Notes: generated from the sequence alone by a model not told the origin. A stretch of 64,000 nucleotides of DNA from Chloroflexota bacterium (GCA_013151955.1 JAADHH010000041.1:8969-72968); one strand, 5' to 3'. Counted from the first letter of the stretch, positions 51,717-61,806 are shown. Made by a program: numbers and translations.

Positions 51717-53776
51717 TGGGGTTCGCCCGTGTCCGGTTTCGACGGTAACCGGCCAGACTTCAACATCGCAATCAATTCGTCTGCCTTGTCATGCGCAATC
51801 ACGGCCGTGACACGATCACCTGCTTGCAGGCAGATGTTGCCGTGCAGCATGATGCTCTTGCCGTGCCGGTGCGTCGTGATCAGCAAGCCGCTTTCAGGCA
51901 GAGTCAATTCGCATACGGGACGGCCCACAGCATAGTCGCCCGACTCAATATCAATTTCTACAACCCGCGTGCCGGTGAGTTTGCCCAGGCGTAGTTTCTC
52001 CGTCTGTTCCTGTTTTTCGATTCTGCGTATGATGGCCCGCTGGTAGGCGTGGATGATGTCGTACCGGCGTACGGCTCCGAGCAAGCATTTCGGATTGGCG
52101 CGGTCCACCACCGGCAGGCGACCAACGTCGCGTGTGCCCAGCCGGCGCAGGGCCTGCCAGACCGGTTCGTCGGGATAGGTCACCAGAATATCTGTGGTGG
52201 CGATGTCGCGCACAACCAAGTCGTCGATGGGGCCTCTCTGTTTGGCACGCTCCAAGTCCTGGATGGTCACAACGCCATAGAGTTCCTCTTTTTCGTTCAG
52301 GACGGGGAACCCGTGGTGGTGGCTGCGGACGAAGACCAACTCCAGGTCGGTAAGGGACAAGTCGGTAGGCACAGTGTCCACATCGCGGGTCATCGCTTCC
52401 CAAACGGACACCCCTTTCATCACGTCGATATCCTGGCCCCGTTCCAGACGCACCCCGCGACTGAGCAATTCCAGCGAATAGACCGACTCGCGGTGCAGAA
52501 ACTCGGAAAGGAAGGTGCTGATCACGGTAGCAAACATCAGCGGCAGGATCACGCGGTAGTCCTGGGTCATTTCGAAGGGGATCATGATGGCTGTGATCGG
52601 TGCGCGAATGGCGCCGGCCAGGACCGCGGCCATGCCCACCAGAGCATAGGCCGGAGGCGCGGCGACATACCCGGGGAATAGCTGGTTGACGATCTGCCCA
52701 AAGGCCCCGCCCAGCATGGCACCCAGGAACAGGGAGGGCGCAAACACGCCACCGATGCCTCCTGAGCCGAGGGTAATGGCCGTCGCCACAATTTTGATGA
52801 CGACCAGCGCTAGGAGCAATTTCACCGCCATGCCCCCGTCACTCAACACTGTGCCCACGGCCTCGTAGCCGACGCCAAAGATCTGCGGGAAGGCTACGCC
52901 GATGCCTCCGACAATCAGGCCTCCGAACACTGTTTTGGCCATCGGGGACCAGGAGGAAAGGGTAAAGCGGTTCCTGGCCTGTTCCAGAGCCTGCATGTAG
53001 ACCACAGCGACCACCGCCGCAAGAATCCCCAGCACCGAATAGAGGCCCAGTTCCCAAAAACCGACGAAAGAGTACGACGGTATCTGGAAGGCCGGCTGCC
53101 GGCCGACCATCGCTTGGGTGACCGCCGCAGAGACGACGGCCGACAGAACGACGACTCCAAAGGCGGCGGTGGTGAACTGGCCCAAAACGATTTCCAAAGC
53201 AAAAAACACGCCGGAGATTGGCGCGTTGAAAGCAGAGGCAATGCCGGCGGCCGCACCACACGCGACCAGGGTACGGACCCGCTCGTCCGAGAGGTGCAAG
53301 GCTTGGCCTGTGCCCGAACCAATGGCCGCGCCGATTTGCACGCTGGGGTCTTCTGGGCCGGCGGAACCGCCCGATCCCAGGGTGAAGGCCGAGGCAAACA
53401 CACGCAGAAGGCTGCGTAGGGGGCGAACGCGCCCCCCGGACAGGGCGACCGATTCCATGACACCGGCCACGCCATGTCCGCGCCGGCCACGCAGCGGATA
53501 GCGAACGATGAGTGCTACGAGCAGCCCTCCGAGCGCAGGCAGAAGCAGTACCTGGAATGCTCCGAGGAATGAAAGGAATTGGTGGGCACCCCCAAAGAAG
53601 AGTTTGTGTACCCCTTCGATCAGCCTGTGGAACAGGACAGCAACTACCCCGGTGGTCAAACCCACTAAGATAGCCAAGAAGGTAAGAATGAGTTGTTCCG
53701 GAGGCTGGATCGTATCGAGTGTACGTGCCAGCTTCCATGAAAACCGCCGTAACGACGCTTGAACTGAGGCCACCAT
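51713..53776 (-). CDS. ClC-family chloride channel/antiporter with CBS pair and TrkA_C domain (tandem paralog)
   Basis: Same architecture as its neighbour (GSGGSAGPEDP, GSGGIGGVFAPSLFLGA, PITAIMIPFEM). The track start 53926 overlaps yfhO, so I use ATG 53776 (MVASVQASL...). Confidence 0.85.
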   Translation of the reverse strand: MVASVQASLRRFSWKLARTLDTIQPPEQLILTFLAILVGLTTGVVAVLFHRLIEGVHKLFFGGAHQFLSFLGAFQVLLLPALGGLLVALIVRYPLRGRRGHGVAGVMESVALSGGRVRPLRSLLRVFASAFTLGSGGSAGPEDPSVQIGAAIGSGTGQALHLSDERVRTLVACGAAAGIASAFNAPISGVFFALEIVLGQFTTAAFGVVVLSAVVSAAVTQAMVGRQPAFQIPSYSFVGFWELGLYSVLGILAAVVAVVYMQALEQARNRFTLSSWSPMAKTVFGGLIVGGIGVAFPQIFGVGYEAVGTVLSDGGMAVKLLLALVVIKIVATAITLGSGGIGGVFAPSLFLGAMLGGAFGQIVNQLFPGYVAAPPAYALVGMAAVLAGAIRAPITAIMIPFEMTQDYRVILPLMFATVISTFLSEFLHRESVYSLELLSRGVRLERGQDIDVMKGVSVWEAMTRDVDTVPTDLSLTDLELVFVRSHHHGFPVLNEKEELYGVVTIQDLERAKQRGPIDDLVVRDIATTDILVTYPDEPVWQALRRLGTRDVGRLPVVDRANPKCLLGAVRRYDIIHAYQRAIIRRIEKQEQTEKLRLGKLTGTRVVEIDIESGDYAVGRPVCELTLPESGLLITTHRHGKSIMLHGNICLQAGDRVTAVIAHDKADELIAMLKSGRLPSKPDTGEPQ

Positions 53777-53891
53777 CAGGTTCCGTCTGTCTGGGGTTCT
53801 TCCTCGTCTTTCTCCATCCGCTAGTATACCACAACCCGCATAGTTTGCCAAAAGGAGGTGGTAGCGTCTAAACTTGACTTTTGTGCCCGAA

Positions 53892-56678
53892 TCATCTTCG
53901 CCACAGCCTGCGCAAAGTCCAGGCAAGCATGACCAACGCAGTCACCACGCTGATCAATGCTCCCCAGCGCACGCTGCGCGGCTGGAATCTGAATTGGACA
54001 TGATGGGTTCCAGGCGGCACCGGAATGGCCCGAAAGAGGAGGTCTGCCCGCAAAATGGGTACGGGCTGCCCATCCACCCACGCCCGCCACCCCGGATAGT
54101 GCGCATCGGTGAGCATCAGAAAGGCCGGCTCCGCCGTCGAGACATCCAAATCTATGCGCTCCGGCTCGTAGCTTTGCATAACCACTTTGTCCGCTCCGGC
54201 CACCGGCAAAGGGGACGATATTTGCCCGGCGACCGGTGGTGGGCGTTTGGAAAGGAAGGCGGTCTCCTGCGGACGGAAGCGCGGGTCTTCCAACCTTTCC
54301 ACGACTACCGCATCTGGTTCTGTTTCCGCTTTGTGGACCAAGAAGGCGCGGGGCAGCACACGCAGGTTCTCGTAAATCTTCACATCGCCGCTGTGCGTGA
54401 GCCGGAAGTCCGGATGGATGGTGACCGTGTCGAAAGTCCCGGTGCGGGAATCGCGCAGGGACATGCCGCGAACGACAAAGGTCACGCCGGGCTGCAAGGC
54501 TTGCACGACAATCTTCTGCGCATGAAGAGCCTCGCCCCAAGTCCACAGCCCCAAGTATTCGGTCCCGTCCGGCCCCTGGCGTACGGGGAGCGCCAGGCCC
54601 CCCGCGCTCGTCCCGGACAAAGCAGTCTCCCGACCGACGTGTACCGTCCAGTGGTGTTGTTGGCCGTGCCGGCCAAAAACGGTCAACTCGGCCACGGCGG
54701 TACCGGTGGGGAGAGACGTGGCACTGATCACCGTCGAGACCAGGCCGAGGCCGGTTGCCGGGAAATCGGGCAGGGCGGTGAGCGTCAGGGTGGGCTGCTT
54801 CGACTGCTGAAGGGAAACTTTCAGCCCCAGGTCGTAATACACGCCCTCTACCCACCGGTCATCGAGTTTGTCACGAATCACGAACTTCACGTTCAGCAGG
54901 CTGAGCAGGGGTACGGGGGGCACGTCGGGCAGACGCTCGCGCAGCCGGCCGTCGGGATTGACGGCGATCTCCGATGAGGAGCGGCCGCTCGCCGTGGCCA
55001 GCAGCACCTTTTGAATGGCGCTGTAGCGCGCCAGTGGCAGCACGCCGCCACCGTACCCGTCCACGCTTTGCAGGCCGTACCGCATCGGCAAGTTGGGGGC
55101 CAGGATTTCCTTTTGCTTGGTAGCTACTACCAAATCGTACATTTCCTGGTCGGACAGGCTGGCACCCCATATCGTGCGCATGTCTGCCAGGTCGCCCGGG
55201 TCCCAGGTGAGTGCGGAAAGGCTCAACATGCGGAAAAGCCCCGGCGCGGTACGCAGGTGGGCGATACTGGGCCGGAGGTCGCTGTACGCTTCCGGTGCTG
55301 TGGGCCGCATGTAGGCCAGGGGCTGCCGGGCCCAGAACAATTCCACGGCAATGGCTGCCACCCACAGCAGCGCATAAACCGGCTGCCGTCCAAGGCGCTT
55401 TCGCAAAGCGAGCAGGGTCAACCCAACGCCAAACCAAATGCCCCAAAGAACCCAAACGCGCGCCGGCGGGCGCTGTAGGAATGGGCTGAGGAGGATGACG
55501 ACCGCGCCGGCCGGCAGCAAGAAGCGCGAAACGACAGGGCCGGGGCTGCGGACGTCCGATGAAGTGAGCCACTGCACACCCAACCCGGCCAGCAGGGATA
55601 TTCCCCACGTGGTCAACAACATCCACCGCGCCGGCGCTCGAAACAGGGCAAACCCGGGCACCGCATGATACAAGAGAAAGTAGAAAGGATTGAACACACC
55701 CAAAGCCAGAAAGATTCCGGCGGCGGTTGACACCAGCGCAAAGCGACGGAGCCGGTGCTTGCGACAGCCCCACCATCCCAGGCAAGCCAGGCAGAGGGCC
55801 AGAATGCCCACGTAGGCCACGTATTCGCTGAACAGGGCCGCATCGTAGCCAAAGGTCGGGAGCAGTCCGCGCAGCGCCAAACGAGGGTCGAACGAAAAGG
55901 AAACCGCTTGCCGGTAGGAAAGCCCCCCGGCGCGGATGGAAAGGCGGGAAAGTTCCGCTGTGGGCAGGAGTTGCACGGCCGCCAGCCCCGCGCCCAAAAG
56001 TGACATCTGCGCGAGGGGCCAGAGCGTTTTGCCCCACCAGGCCGGTCTGCGCCACGCGCTCACCGGTGCGCGAGAGAGGGCAAAGAGGCCGAGCGCGCTC
56101 AAGTTGATGTAGGCCGCTTGGGCATGGCCGGCCAGCAACATCACGGCGACTAGCAACCCGCCGGCCGGCACGGCCAACCGGCGACCGGCAAATGCCCGGT
56201 CCGCGGCGATCAGCAGCCAGGGGAGCCAGGCGGCGGTGTTGAGCTGGTTCACATGTTCGGCCTGCGCGCCCAAGAAGCCGGAGAGGGCGAAGACCATGGC
56301 GGTCGCCATGGCCGCGGGGGGACTTAGCTTGCCCACCCTGCGCGCGAAGATGTAGGCCCCGCACGCGGCCACGAATATGTGTATCACGATGGACCAGGCT
56401 ACTGCTCGTGGCGCGGACAGCCCCAGCAATGGCCAGTGCAGCGGGTAGAAAAGAGCAGTCTGACTATCGGCCAGGAAGGGCACTCCGAGGAAAATGTCGG
56501 GATTCCAGAGCGGCAGGCGACCGGTCAGGAGCGCATGAGCGGCGTAATCACGGTAGGGATAGAAGAAAGTAAATATGTCTACGCCGGCCAGTATGCGCTG
56601 GGTCAGAACCAACTTCCAGAAAAACGAGAGCACCAGCCCCCCCAAGAGGGCCAGAGCAAAGGAGTCTTTTCGTCTCAT
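53892..56678 (-). CDS. YfhO-family polytopic membrane protein (GT-C-like)
   Basis: 928 aa. N-terminus FFWKLVLTQRILAGVDIFTFFYPYRDYAAHALLTGRLPLWNPDIFLGVPFLADSQTALFYPLHW is typical of YfhO. Confidence 0.7.
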   Translation of the reverse strand: MRRKDSFALALLGGLVLSFFWKLVLTQRILAGVDIFTFFYPYRDYAAHALLTGRLPLWNPDIFLGVPFLADSQTALFYPLHWPLLGLSAPRAVAWSIVIHIFVAACGAYIFARRVGKLSPPAAMATAMVFALSGFLGAQAEHVNQLNTAAWLPWLLIAADRAFAGRRLAVPAGGLLVAVMLLAGHAQAAYINLSALGLFALSRAPVSAWRRPAWWGKTLWPLAQMSLLGAGLAAVQLLPTAELSRLSIRAGGLSYRQAVSFSFDPRLALRGLLPTFGYDAALFSEYVAYVGILALCLACLGWWGCRKHRLRRFALVSTAAGIFLALGVFNPFYFLLYHAVPGFALFRAPARWMLLTTWGISLLAGLGVQWLTSSDVRSPGPVVSRFLLPAGAVVILLSPFLQRPPARVWVLWGIWFGVGLTLLALRKRLGRQPVYALLWVAAIAVELFWARQPLAYMRPTAPEAYSDLRPSIAHLRTAPGLFRMLSLSALTWDPGDLADMRTIWGASLSDQEMYDLVVATKQKEILAPNLPMRYGLQSVDGYGGGVLPLARYSAIQKVLLATASGRSSSEIAVNPDGRLRERLPDVPPVPLLSLLNVKFVIRDKLDDRWVEGVYYDLGLKVSLQQSKQPTLTLTALPDFPATGLGLVSTVISATSLPTGTAVAELTVFGRHGQQHHWTVHVGRETALSGTSAGGLALPVRQGPDGTEYLGLWTWGEALHAQKIVVQALQPGVTFVVRGMSLRDSRTGTFDTVTIHPDFRLTHSGDVKIYENLRVLPRAFLVHKAETEPDAVVVERLEDPRFRPQETAFLSKRPPPVAGQISSPLPVAGADKVVMQSYEPERIDLDVSTAEPAFLMLTDAHYPGWRAWVDGQPVPILRADLLFRAIPVPPGTHHVQFRFQPRSVRWGALISVVTALVMLAWTLRRLWRR

Positions 56679-58321
56679 CTGGAGAGCGGCCCCGTGATGC
56701 GGTATATGGTAAACGACACGGAGCCGTCACGGCGATGCGCCCGGTACACGACCTGCCACCGCAGTCCGCCGGCGGCCAACTGGGCGGCCAACGGGCCGAA
56801 GTCGCGCCAGCTTGGAATCACCGTGTAGCGTGTTTGGGCGGGAGAGGCTGCGGCTTGCGTCGCCAGACTCTGCGGTGTGCTATACCAGCGAAAATCAAAG
56901 GGGGCACCAAAGAGGTAATACGCAAAATGGCGTCGCAACCGGTAGTGAAAGATGATGCTGCCGGCCGGCGCTTCCTGGCGGAGGAACGTCGCCACCTGGT
57001 CGATGCCCTGATAGGCACCGTGGTCTCCTCCAAGTGGGTATCCTCCCTGCGCGGCACGAAGGGCCTGCGGGGTCATGGCGGCTACGAAAAAGAGGGCAAC
57101 GACGACAGCATAGCCCATCGAATGGGGCCGGGGCCTTCCGCGGCCCATTCGCGCTATGCCGGCTCCCAAAAGCCAAAATGTCGCCCGGGCAAAGAGGATC
57201 GCGACCAGGGGCACCAGTCCCAACAAGTACCGGTCCCACACGTGAAACGTGAAGAGCCACTGAGTGAGCAGGTAGAGGAGGACAAAGCCGGCGAGAAGGC
57301 GGTCGAACAGGCGAAACCGCTTGTTTTCGTGGCGGCCCCCTGCGACCAGCAAGCTGCCGATCCCGAGGGCTGCCAGCAGGTTCAGCCAGCGTGAGGCGGT
57401 GAAATAGCCCAGCCAGGTGAGCCACCCCCCCAACCGTTCCCCCCAATCGACCGTTCGAGCCAAAGAGAGGCCGCCGTACCCTTCTGCCCCATGAAATAAG
57501 AACCCGGGGCGCTGGTGGCGGGTGGCATCCCAGGCCAGCCCCAGCGCAATAACGATTCCAAAACCCAGGAGAAATCGTCGCACCGTGGGCCACCAGGAAA
57601 AGGTCGAGTCGCCGGCTTCGTGCTGGCCAGGTTGCGGGCCGGCGGCGAGAAGGAGCGCGATGATCAGCGGCAGGAAGAGAGGCGCCGTCGGTTTGGTCAT
57701 GGTGGCCAGGCCGGCCGCGAGGCCCGCTCCTTCGGCGAAGCCGCCGGCTGCCGCTTCGAGGGAGCCGAGGATGAACACGACCATCCAGGGATCGGTGAAG
57801 ACGGTAGGGCCGAAAGAGATCGTGAAGGGAGAGAGCGTCACAAAAATGGCTGCCACCAGGCCCGTGCGCCTGTTGTAGAGGCGACGGCCCAGGCGATACG
57901 TGAGCACCACAATGAGCAACGCGGCAATCATGTTGGGCCAGCGGGCCGTTGCTTCCACCGGCGGGGCCACACGGAAAGAGAGCGCCAGCATCGAGAGAAA
58001 GATGGGCGGTTTGTCGATGGCGGTGTGATCAAAACCCGCATCCTGGCCGGAGGCAGCCCCCCATGCCCAGGCACTGTAAATGGCCTCGTCCTCGTGAAAC
58101 CGCTCGGCGGTCAGGCCGGGCAGACGGAGCCACAGAGCGGCAACCAGCAACATTGCCAGCGCCACCCACACGGCCACCGATGAAGCCTGCTCCCAACGGG
58201 CCGCCGGAATGGCCGGGCGATGCTTCCCGATGTCTACCACAGCCACGATTGACTTTCTTCGTCGCGCGCCCAAAGGTGGCCGAAGAGAAATCGGCGTGCT
58301 GTGTTGTACATCACGTAACAT
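56675..58321 (-). CDS. GT-C glycosyltransferase, family 39/83-like (ArnT/PMT_2-like)
   Basis: Polytopic. First-loop motif RFHEDEAIYSAWAW. The start is uncertain: the track start overlaps the upstream gene by 88 nt, and in-frame GTGs at 58246 and 58240 lie just after the upstream stop. Confidence 0.7.
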   Translation of the reverse strand: MLRDVQHSTPISLRPPLGARRRKSIVAVVDIGKHRPAIPAARWEQASSVAVWVALAMLLVAALWLRLPGLTAERFHEDEAIYSAWAWGAASGQDAGFDHTAIDKPPIFLSMLALSFRVAPPVEATARWPNMIAALLIVVLTYRLGRRLYNRRTGLVAAIFVTLSPFTISFGPTVFTDPWMVVFILGSLEAAAGGFAEGAGLAAGLATMTKPTAPLFLPLIIALLLAAGPQPGQHEAGDSTFSWWPTVRRFLLGFGIVIALGLAWDATRHQRPGFLFHGAEGYGGLSLARTVDWGERLGGWLTWLGYFTASRWLNLLAALGIGSLLVAGGRHENKRFRLFDRLLAGFVLLYLLTQWLFTFHVWDRYLLGLVPLVAILFARATFWLLGAGIARMGRGRPRPHSMGYAVVVALFFVAAMTPQALRAAQGGYPLGGDHGAYQGIDQVATFLRQEAPAGSIIFHYRLRRHFAYYLFGAPFDFRWYSTPQSLATQAAASPAQTRYTVIPSWRDFGPLAAQLAAGGLRWQVVYRAHRRDGSVSFTIYRITGPLSR

Positions 58322-59157
58322 TCCAACGCAAAGGGCGGAAATCCCAAAAATCCAACCAGCGGCATCTCAAACAACTTGATATCGGAGAGAATGGGCACGG
58401 CGTAAATCCATTTTCCGATAGCCCAGTAGTTCCAAAACTCCCACAGGATGCCGCAAATCAATCCGGCCAGGAGCAACGTGAACGTTCGTTGCCACTCTCC
58501 TCGTTCCCATTGTGCCAGCAGGGATTCCGCTCCCCAGCGATAATTCAGGGGGTCCAGGAAAAGGATGACGCCCAACCAAACAAAGCCAAAGGTGTAGGCC
58601 GCCAGAGGCAATGGGAGCAGTGGCGGAACCGCCAGGAATGTGAATCCCACAAGTACGGCCAGCAGCCGCCCACGGTCGGATAGCCGGAAGGGGCGAGAAA
58701 AGCGCTGTTGGAAAACGCCCAGGCCCTCGAGCAGCTCCATCGTCTCGAAAATCCCCGGTAGGATCGTAGCAAAAGACCAGAAGTATCCAAAATCCCGGAC
58801 AATCATGGCGTTGGGCAAACCGATATAGAACCAGTTTTGCAACCGGAAGTTGTAAACTTCGAAGATGAGCCAAAAGCCAACGGAAAGGGGGAGCATCATC
58901 AGGAACTCGCGTGGGCGGCTGCGAATCAGCGAACGTCCCCGCAGACGAAACACCAGATTGTCTACGAACAAAATATAGCCAGTCCATAGAATGGGGGTAA
59001 ACCATACGCGGACGAAGGTCACATTTCGAATTAGCATGAGTTCCGCCAGCACGATGATGAGCAATCCGGCTATACCGTAGCCATCCAGCCATCGGGTGTA
59101 GCCCTGGCGAGTATCCGAAGGTCGGATACGTGCTGTGTTCTTTGGTTCTTCGTTCAT
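58234..59157 (-). CDS. Polytopic membrane protein, function unknown
   Basis: 307 aa, Trp/Phe-rich TM helices. First gene of the membrane-protein/GT39/YfhO string. Confidence 0.5.
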   Translation of the reverse strand: MNEEPKNTARIRPSDTRQGYTRWLDGYGIAGLLIIVLAELMLIRNVTFVRVWFTPILWTGYILFVDNLVFRLRGRSLIRSRPREFLMMLPLSVGFWLIFEVYNFRLQNWFYIGLPNAMIVRDFGYFWSFATILPGIFETMELLEGLGVFQQRFSRPFRLSDRGRLLAVLVGFTFLAVPPLLPLPLAAYTFGFVWLGVILFLDPLNYRWGAESLLAQWERGEWQRTFTLLLAGLICGILWEFWNYWAIGKWIYAVPILSDIKLFEMPLVGFLGFPPFALECYVMYNTARRFLFGHLWARDEESQSWLW

Positions 59158-59237
59158 AGCATTGCTCCAAACCTACGCATTGTCCGAGGCTTCGCTCAGA
59201 CGATGTGGCCCCCGACGGGGCGGTTGACAAAAGGACA

Positions 59238-59275
59238 GGGGACACAGATTTACACAGGCTTCGCACACAGATTTT
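59238..59275. repeat. Family-D motif copies (direct)
   Basis: ggggacacagattt and cacacagatttt, the same motif as at 49488-49570. Confidence 0.6.
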
Positions 59276-59301
59276 TTCTGAAAGGTTTATCTCTGTTTTT
59301 C

Positions 59302-59400
59302 GTATCTTCTCAATAATTCGGGGTGAGCAGAGTGTCGCGCCCCCCTAACCCCCCAACTTTGGGGGGAATGTGCTCCCCCAGAATTGGGGGCCGGGGGCGT
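59302..59400. repeat. Chimeric repeat: one MITE-A end fused to a family-C palindrome
   Basis: gtatcttctcaataattcgggg (identical to the end of MITE copies 1-3), then cccctaaccccccaactttgggggg...cccccagaattggggg (family C). No matching second TIR is present. Confidence 0.65.
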
Positions 59401-59550
59401 CCCCCAGGTTATTTCACGTTGCCCATTATACCGCAGCGAAAGGGCCGTGTCAAAGCCTGTATCTTCAACTAACTGCTGCGTATTTGCAAGGATTCCAGAT
59501 TGCCAGTATAATTTGATAGGGTATGCCACGAAGAGCGTACGCATTACGCG

Positions 59551-61806
59551 GTGCGAAAGGGAAAACCGATGCCTGTCCGGTCAACTGCTGGTTCAACGCA
59601 CGCCTCTGCCGCAGGAATCGCGGCGAGACTGCGAGTTATGCCGCTGTTTGCCGCGCTGCGCGAGTCCGACCTGGCGCACTTGAGTACGCAGGGCGTATGG
59701 CAGAGGCGTGAAGCAGGCGACATACTGTTTCGCAAGGGGGAGGAGCCCCGCGCCTTCTACGTGGTCTATAGCGGACGCATCGAACTCCATGACGAGCTCG
59801 GGGATATCGAGCACAACGCCAAGGTGGGAACCATCCTCCCCAACGGATACATCGGTGCCTCCAACCTGCTGACGGGCCAGCCCTACACCTACACAGCAAT
59901 TGTCCCCGTCACTACCGAACTTTTCGTCCTGCGCAAGCGCTACTTCTACCAACTGCTTGCCCAACACCCAGAACTGGCGGCCTTTTTGCAAAGCTCGGAC
60001 GGAAATGCGGGAACGGCCCATGCGTCAGAAGAGTTTGGCCAGGCTACAACACCTCCCAAAGACGACGCCGAACTCCATCAGAGAATCTTGAATCGGCTGA
60101 AGGAGATTCCTCTGTTTGAAAAGTTGTCTGAGGAAGAGCGAGCACAGATTGCCTCTCTGATGTATTGGGAGCAGCACCCACCCAATACGGTTCTTTGCCA
60201 GCAAGGAGAAATCGGACGCACCTTTTACCTGATCGACCGCGGGTTGGTGATTGTGCGGCATGCCGATGACAGAGGCATCCAGCGCGTCTTGAACCAATTG
60301 GCCGAAGGCGATTTCTTCGGTGAGACTTCCCTTCTAACCGGGGAAGCACGGGATGCCACCGTCACCACACTCCAGGATGTGGAAGTCTTCGTACTCAACA
60401 AAGACGACTTCGACCAGTTGCTCGAAGAATACCCCAACATACGCCGCGAGCTGAACATCCGGGGAGAAATTCGAGAAAAGCTAAGCGCGCGGCGCTTCTC
60501 TGGCCGCGAGGAGGGGGAGTTCGCCGTTGCTTTTGAGCGCAAACACCCGTTTATCCTGCTAAAAACCTTGCTGTGGCCTATGCTCGTTGCCCTGCTGGTG
60601 GCGATTGCTCTGGGCGCAGGAGTCTACGCCGGGATCATCGCCGGCCGTTTCGCGCTCTGGACCGGCACATTTGCAGCAATTCCCTGGTTGCTCTGGATCG
60701 TGTGGGTGGCCTATGACTGGTACAATGATGACTATATTGTGACAGATCGCCGGGTAATCCACATCGAACGTGTGCTATTCTTTTTTGAGGAGCGTCACGA
60801 AGCAGCCCTGGAGAAAATTCAGAACATCAACATGATTACCCCGGGACCCCTCGCCAGATGGCTCAACTTTCATGATCTTATCATCCAAACGGCCGGGAGC
60901 AAAGGAAACATCATGTTCAGGAGCATCCCCCGCGCCGAGATGGTACGCGACCTGATCAACCAGCAAAAATCGCGTATTTACGCGCCGGAGCGTGCTGCAG
61001 AGCGCGAGCGCATGCGCCAAGAGCTGCGGGAGGAATTTGGGTGGTCGGCCTCGACACCGGCAGCCAGCAAAGAAGAACTGTCCGATCTTTCCCCGGCAGA
61101 GGAAGAGAGACGCCTCGGTCAAATCGGCAACTTGTTGGGCGGCATTGCCGAATATTTTCTGCCCCGTATGCGCATAGAAGAAGGGGATACGATTACCTGG
61201 CGGAAGCACTGGTTTGTGTTGCTTTCAGTCGCCTGGAAACCGGCTCTGCTCACATTTGTCCTCCTGGCTTTTCTCGTGGTGATGGCGTTTACCCCCTCGT
61301 CACTCGATCCCAGCTTGACTCGTTGGCTTGCAGGTGCTCTCGTTGTAGCCTTGTTGGTCGCTATCGCCCGTCTTTGGTGGCAATATGAAGACTGGCGAAA
61401 CGACATCTACATATTGTCCAATTCTGACATCAAGGACATAGACCGGCAGCCGCTGTGGCTCCATCAAGAAGTTCGCCAGGCCAGTTTGGGGCAGGTACAA
61501 GACGTCCGCTATGAAATTCCCGGGCCGCTTGCCGTGCTGCTGAGATTCGGAAACGTGCTGATTGAGACCGCCGGAAAATCAGGCCTGTTGACTTTTGAAA
61601 GTGTAGCCAATCCGGCAGAGATTCAAGAAGAGATTTTTCAACGCATTCAGCAATTCGAACGGAACAAGAAAAAGCGGGAGTGGGCGGACCGGCGTGCTGA
61701 AATGATTCACGCTTTGGGGTCCTACCACGAAGTGATGCAAGAACGGCCGGCCGCAAATGTGAACGAAGTTTCGGCAGCGGCTGACTTTGTACGAGAGGTG
61801 TCCTGA
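59551..61806 (+). CDS. Membrane protein with two N-terminal cNMP-binding domains and YdbT-like bPH (DUF304) repeats
   Basis: cNMP domain 2 has the canonical FFGETSLLTGEARDATV. Domain 1 has YIGASNLLTGQPYTYTA (degenerate). TM helices are followed by DWYNDDYIVTDRRVIHIE and EDWRNDIYILSNSDIKDID (bPH_2-type). The start is ATG 59551 or 59569. Confidence 0.75.
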   Translation: MRKGKPMPVRSTAGSTHASAAGIAARLRVMPLFAALRESDLAHLSTQGVWQRREAGDILFRKGEEPRAFYVVYSGRIELHDELGDIEHNAKVGTILPNGYIGASNLLTGQPYTYTAIVPVTTELFVLRKRYFYQLLAQHPELAAFLQSSDGNAGTAHASEEFGQATTPPKDDAELHQRILNRLKEIPLFEKLSEEERAQIASLMYWEQHPPNTVLCQQGEIGRTFYLIDRGLVIVRHADDRGIQRVLNQLAEGDFFGETSLLTGEARDATVTTLQDVEVFVLNKDDFDQLLEEYPNIRRELNIRGEIREKLSARRFSGREEGEFAVAFERKHPFILLKTLLWPMLVALLVAIALGAGVYAGIIAGRFALWTGTFAAIPWLLWIVWVAYDWYNDDYIVTDRRVIHIERVLFFFEERHEAALEKIQNINMITPGPLARWLNFHDLIIQTAGSKGNIMFRSIPRAEMVRDLINQQKSRIYAPERAAERERMRQELREEFGWSASTPAASKEELSDLSPAEEERRLGQIGNLLGGIAEYFLPRMRIEEGDTITWRKHWFVLLSVAWKPALLTFVLLAFLVVMAFTPSSLDPSLTRWLAGALVVALLVAIARLWWQYEDWRNDIYILSNSDIKDIDRQPLWLHQEVRQASLGQVQDVRYEIPGPLAVLLRFGNVLIETAGKSGLLTFESVANPAEIQEEIFQRIQQFERNKKKREWADRRAEMIHALGSYHEVMQERPAANVNEVSAAADFVREVS

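Noticed and set aside
53777-53891. Fluoride riboswitch upstream of the ClC genes
   Set aside because: The ClC pair is directly preceded by yfhO with only about 115 nt between them. I could not find the conserved crcB-motif core in that interval. The proteins also carry CBS/TrkA_C domains, unlike typical CLC-F proteins.
53821-56364. Minus-strand ORFs 53821..54855 (344 aa), 54871..56364 (497 aa) and plus-strand 53874..54977
   Set aside because: They are alternative frames or the antisense of the 928-aa YfhO-family gene, and their sequences are compositionally biased (R/G/P/A). The YfhO frame has the conserved N-terminal signature and hydrophobic TM periodicity.
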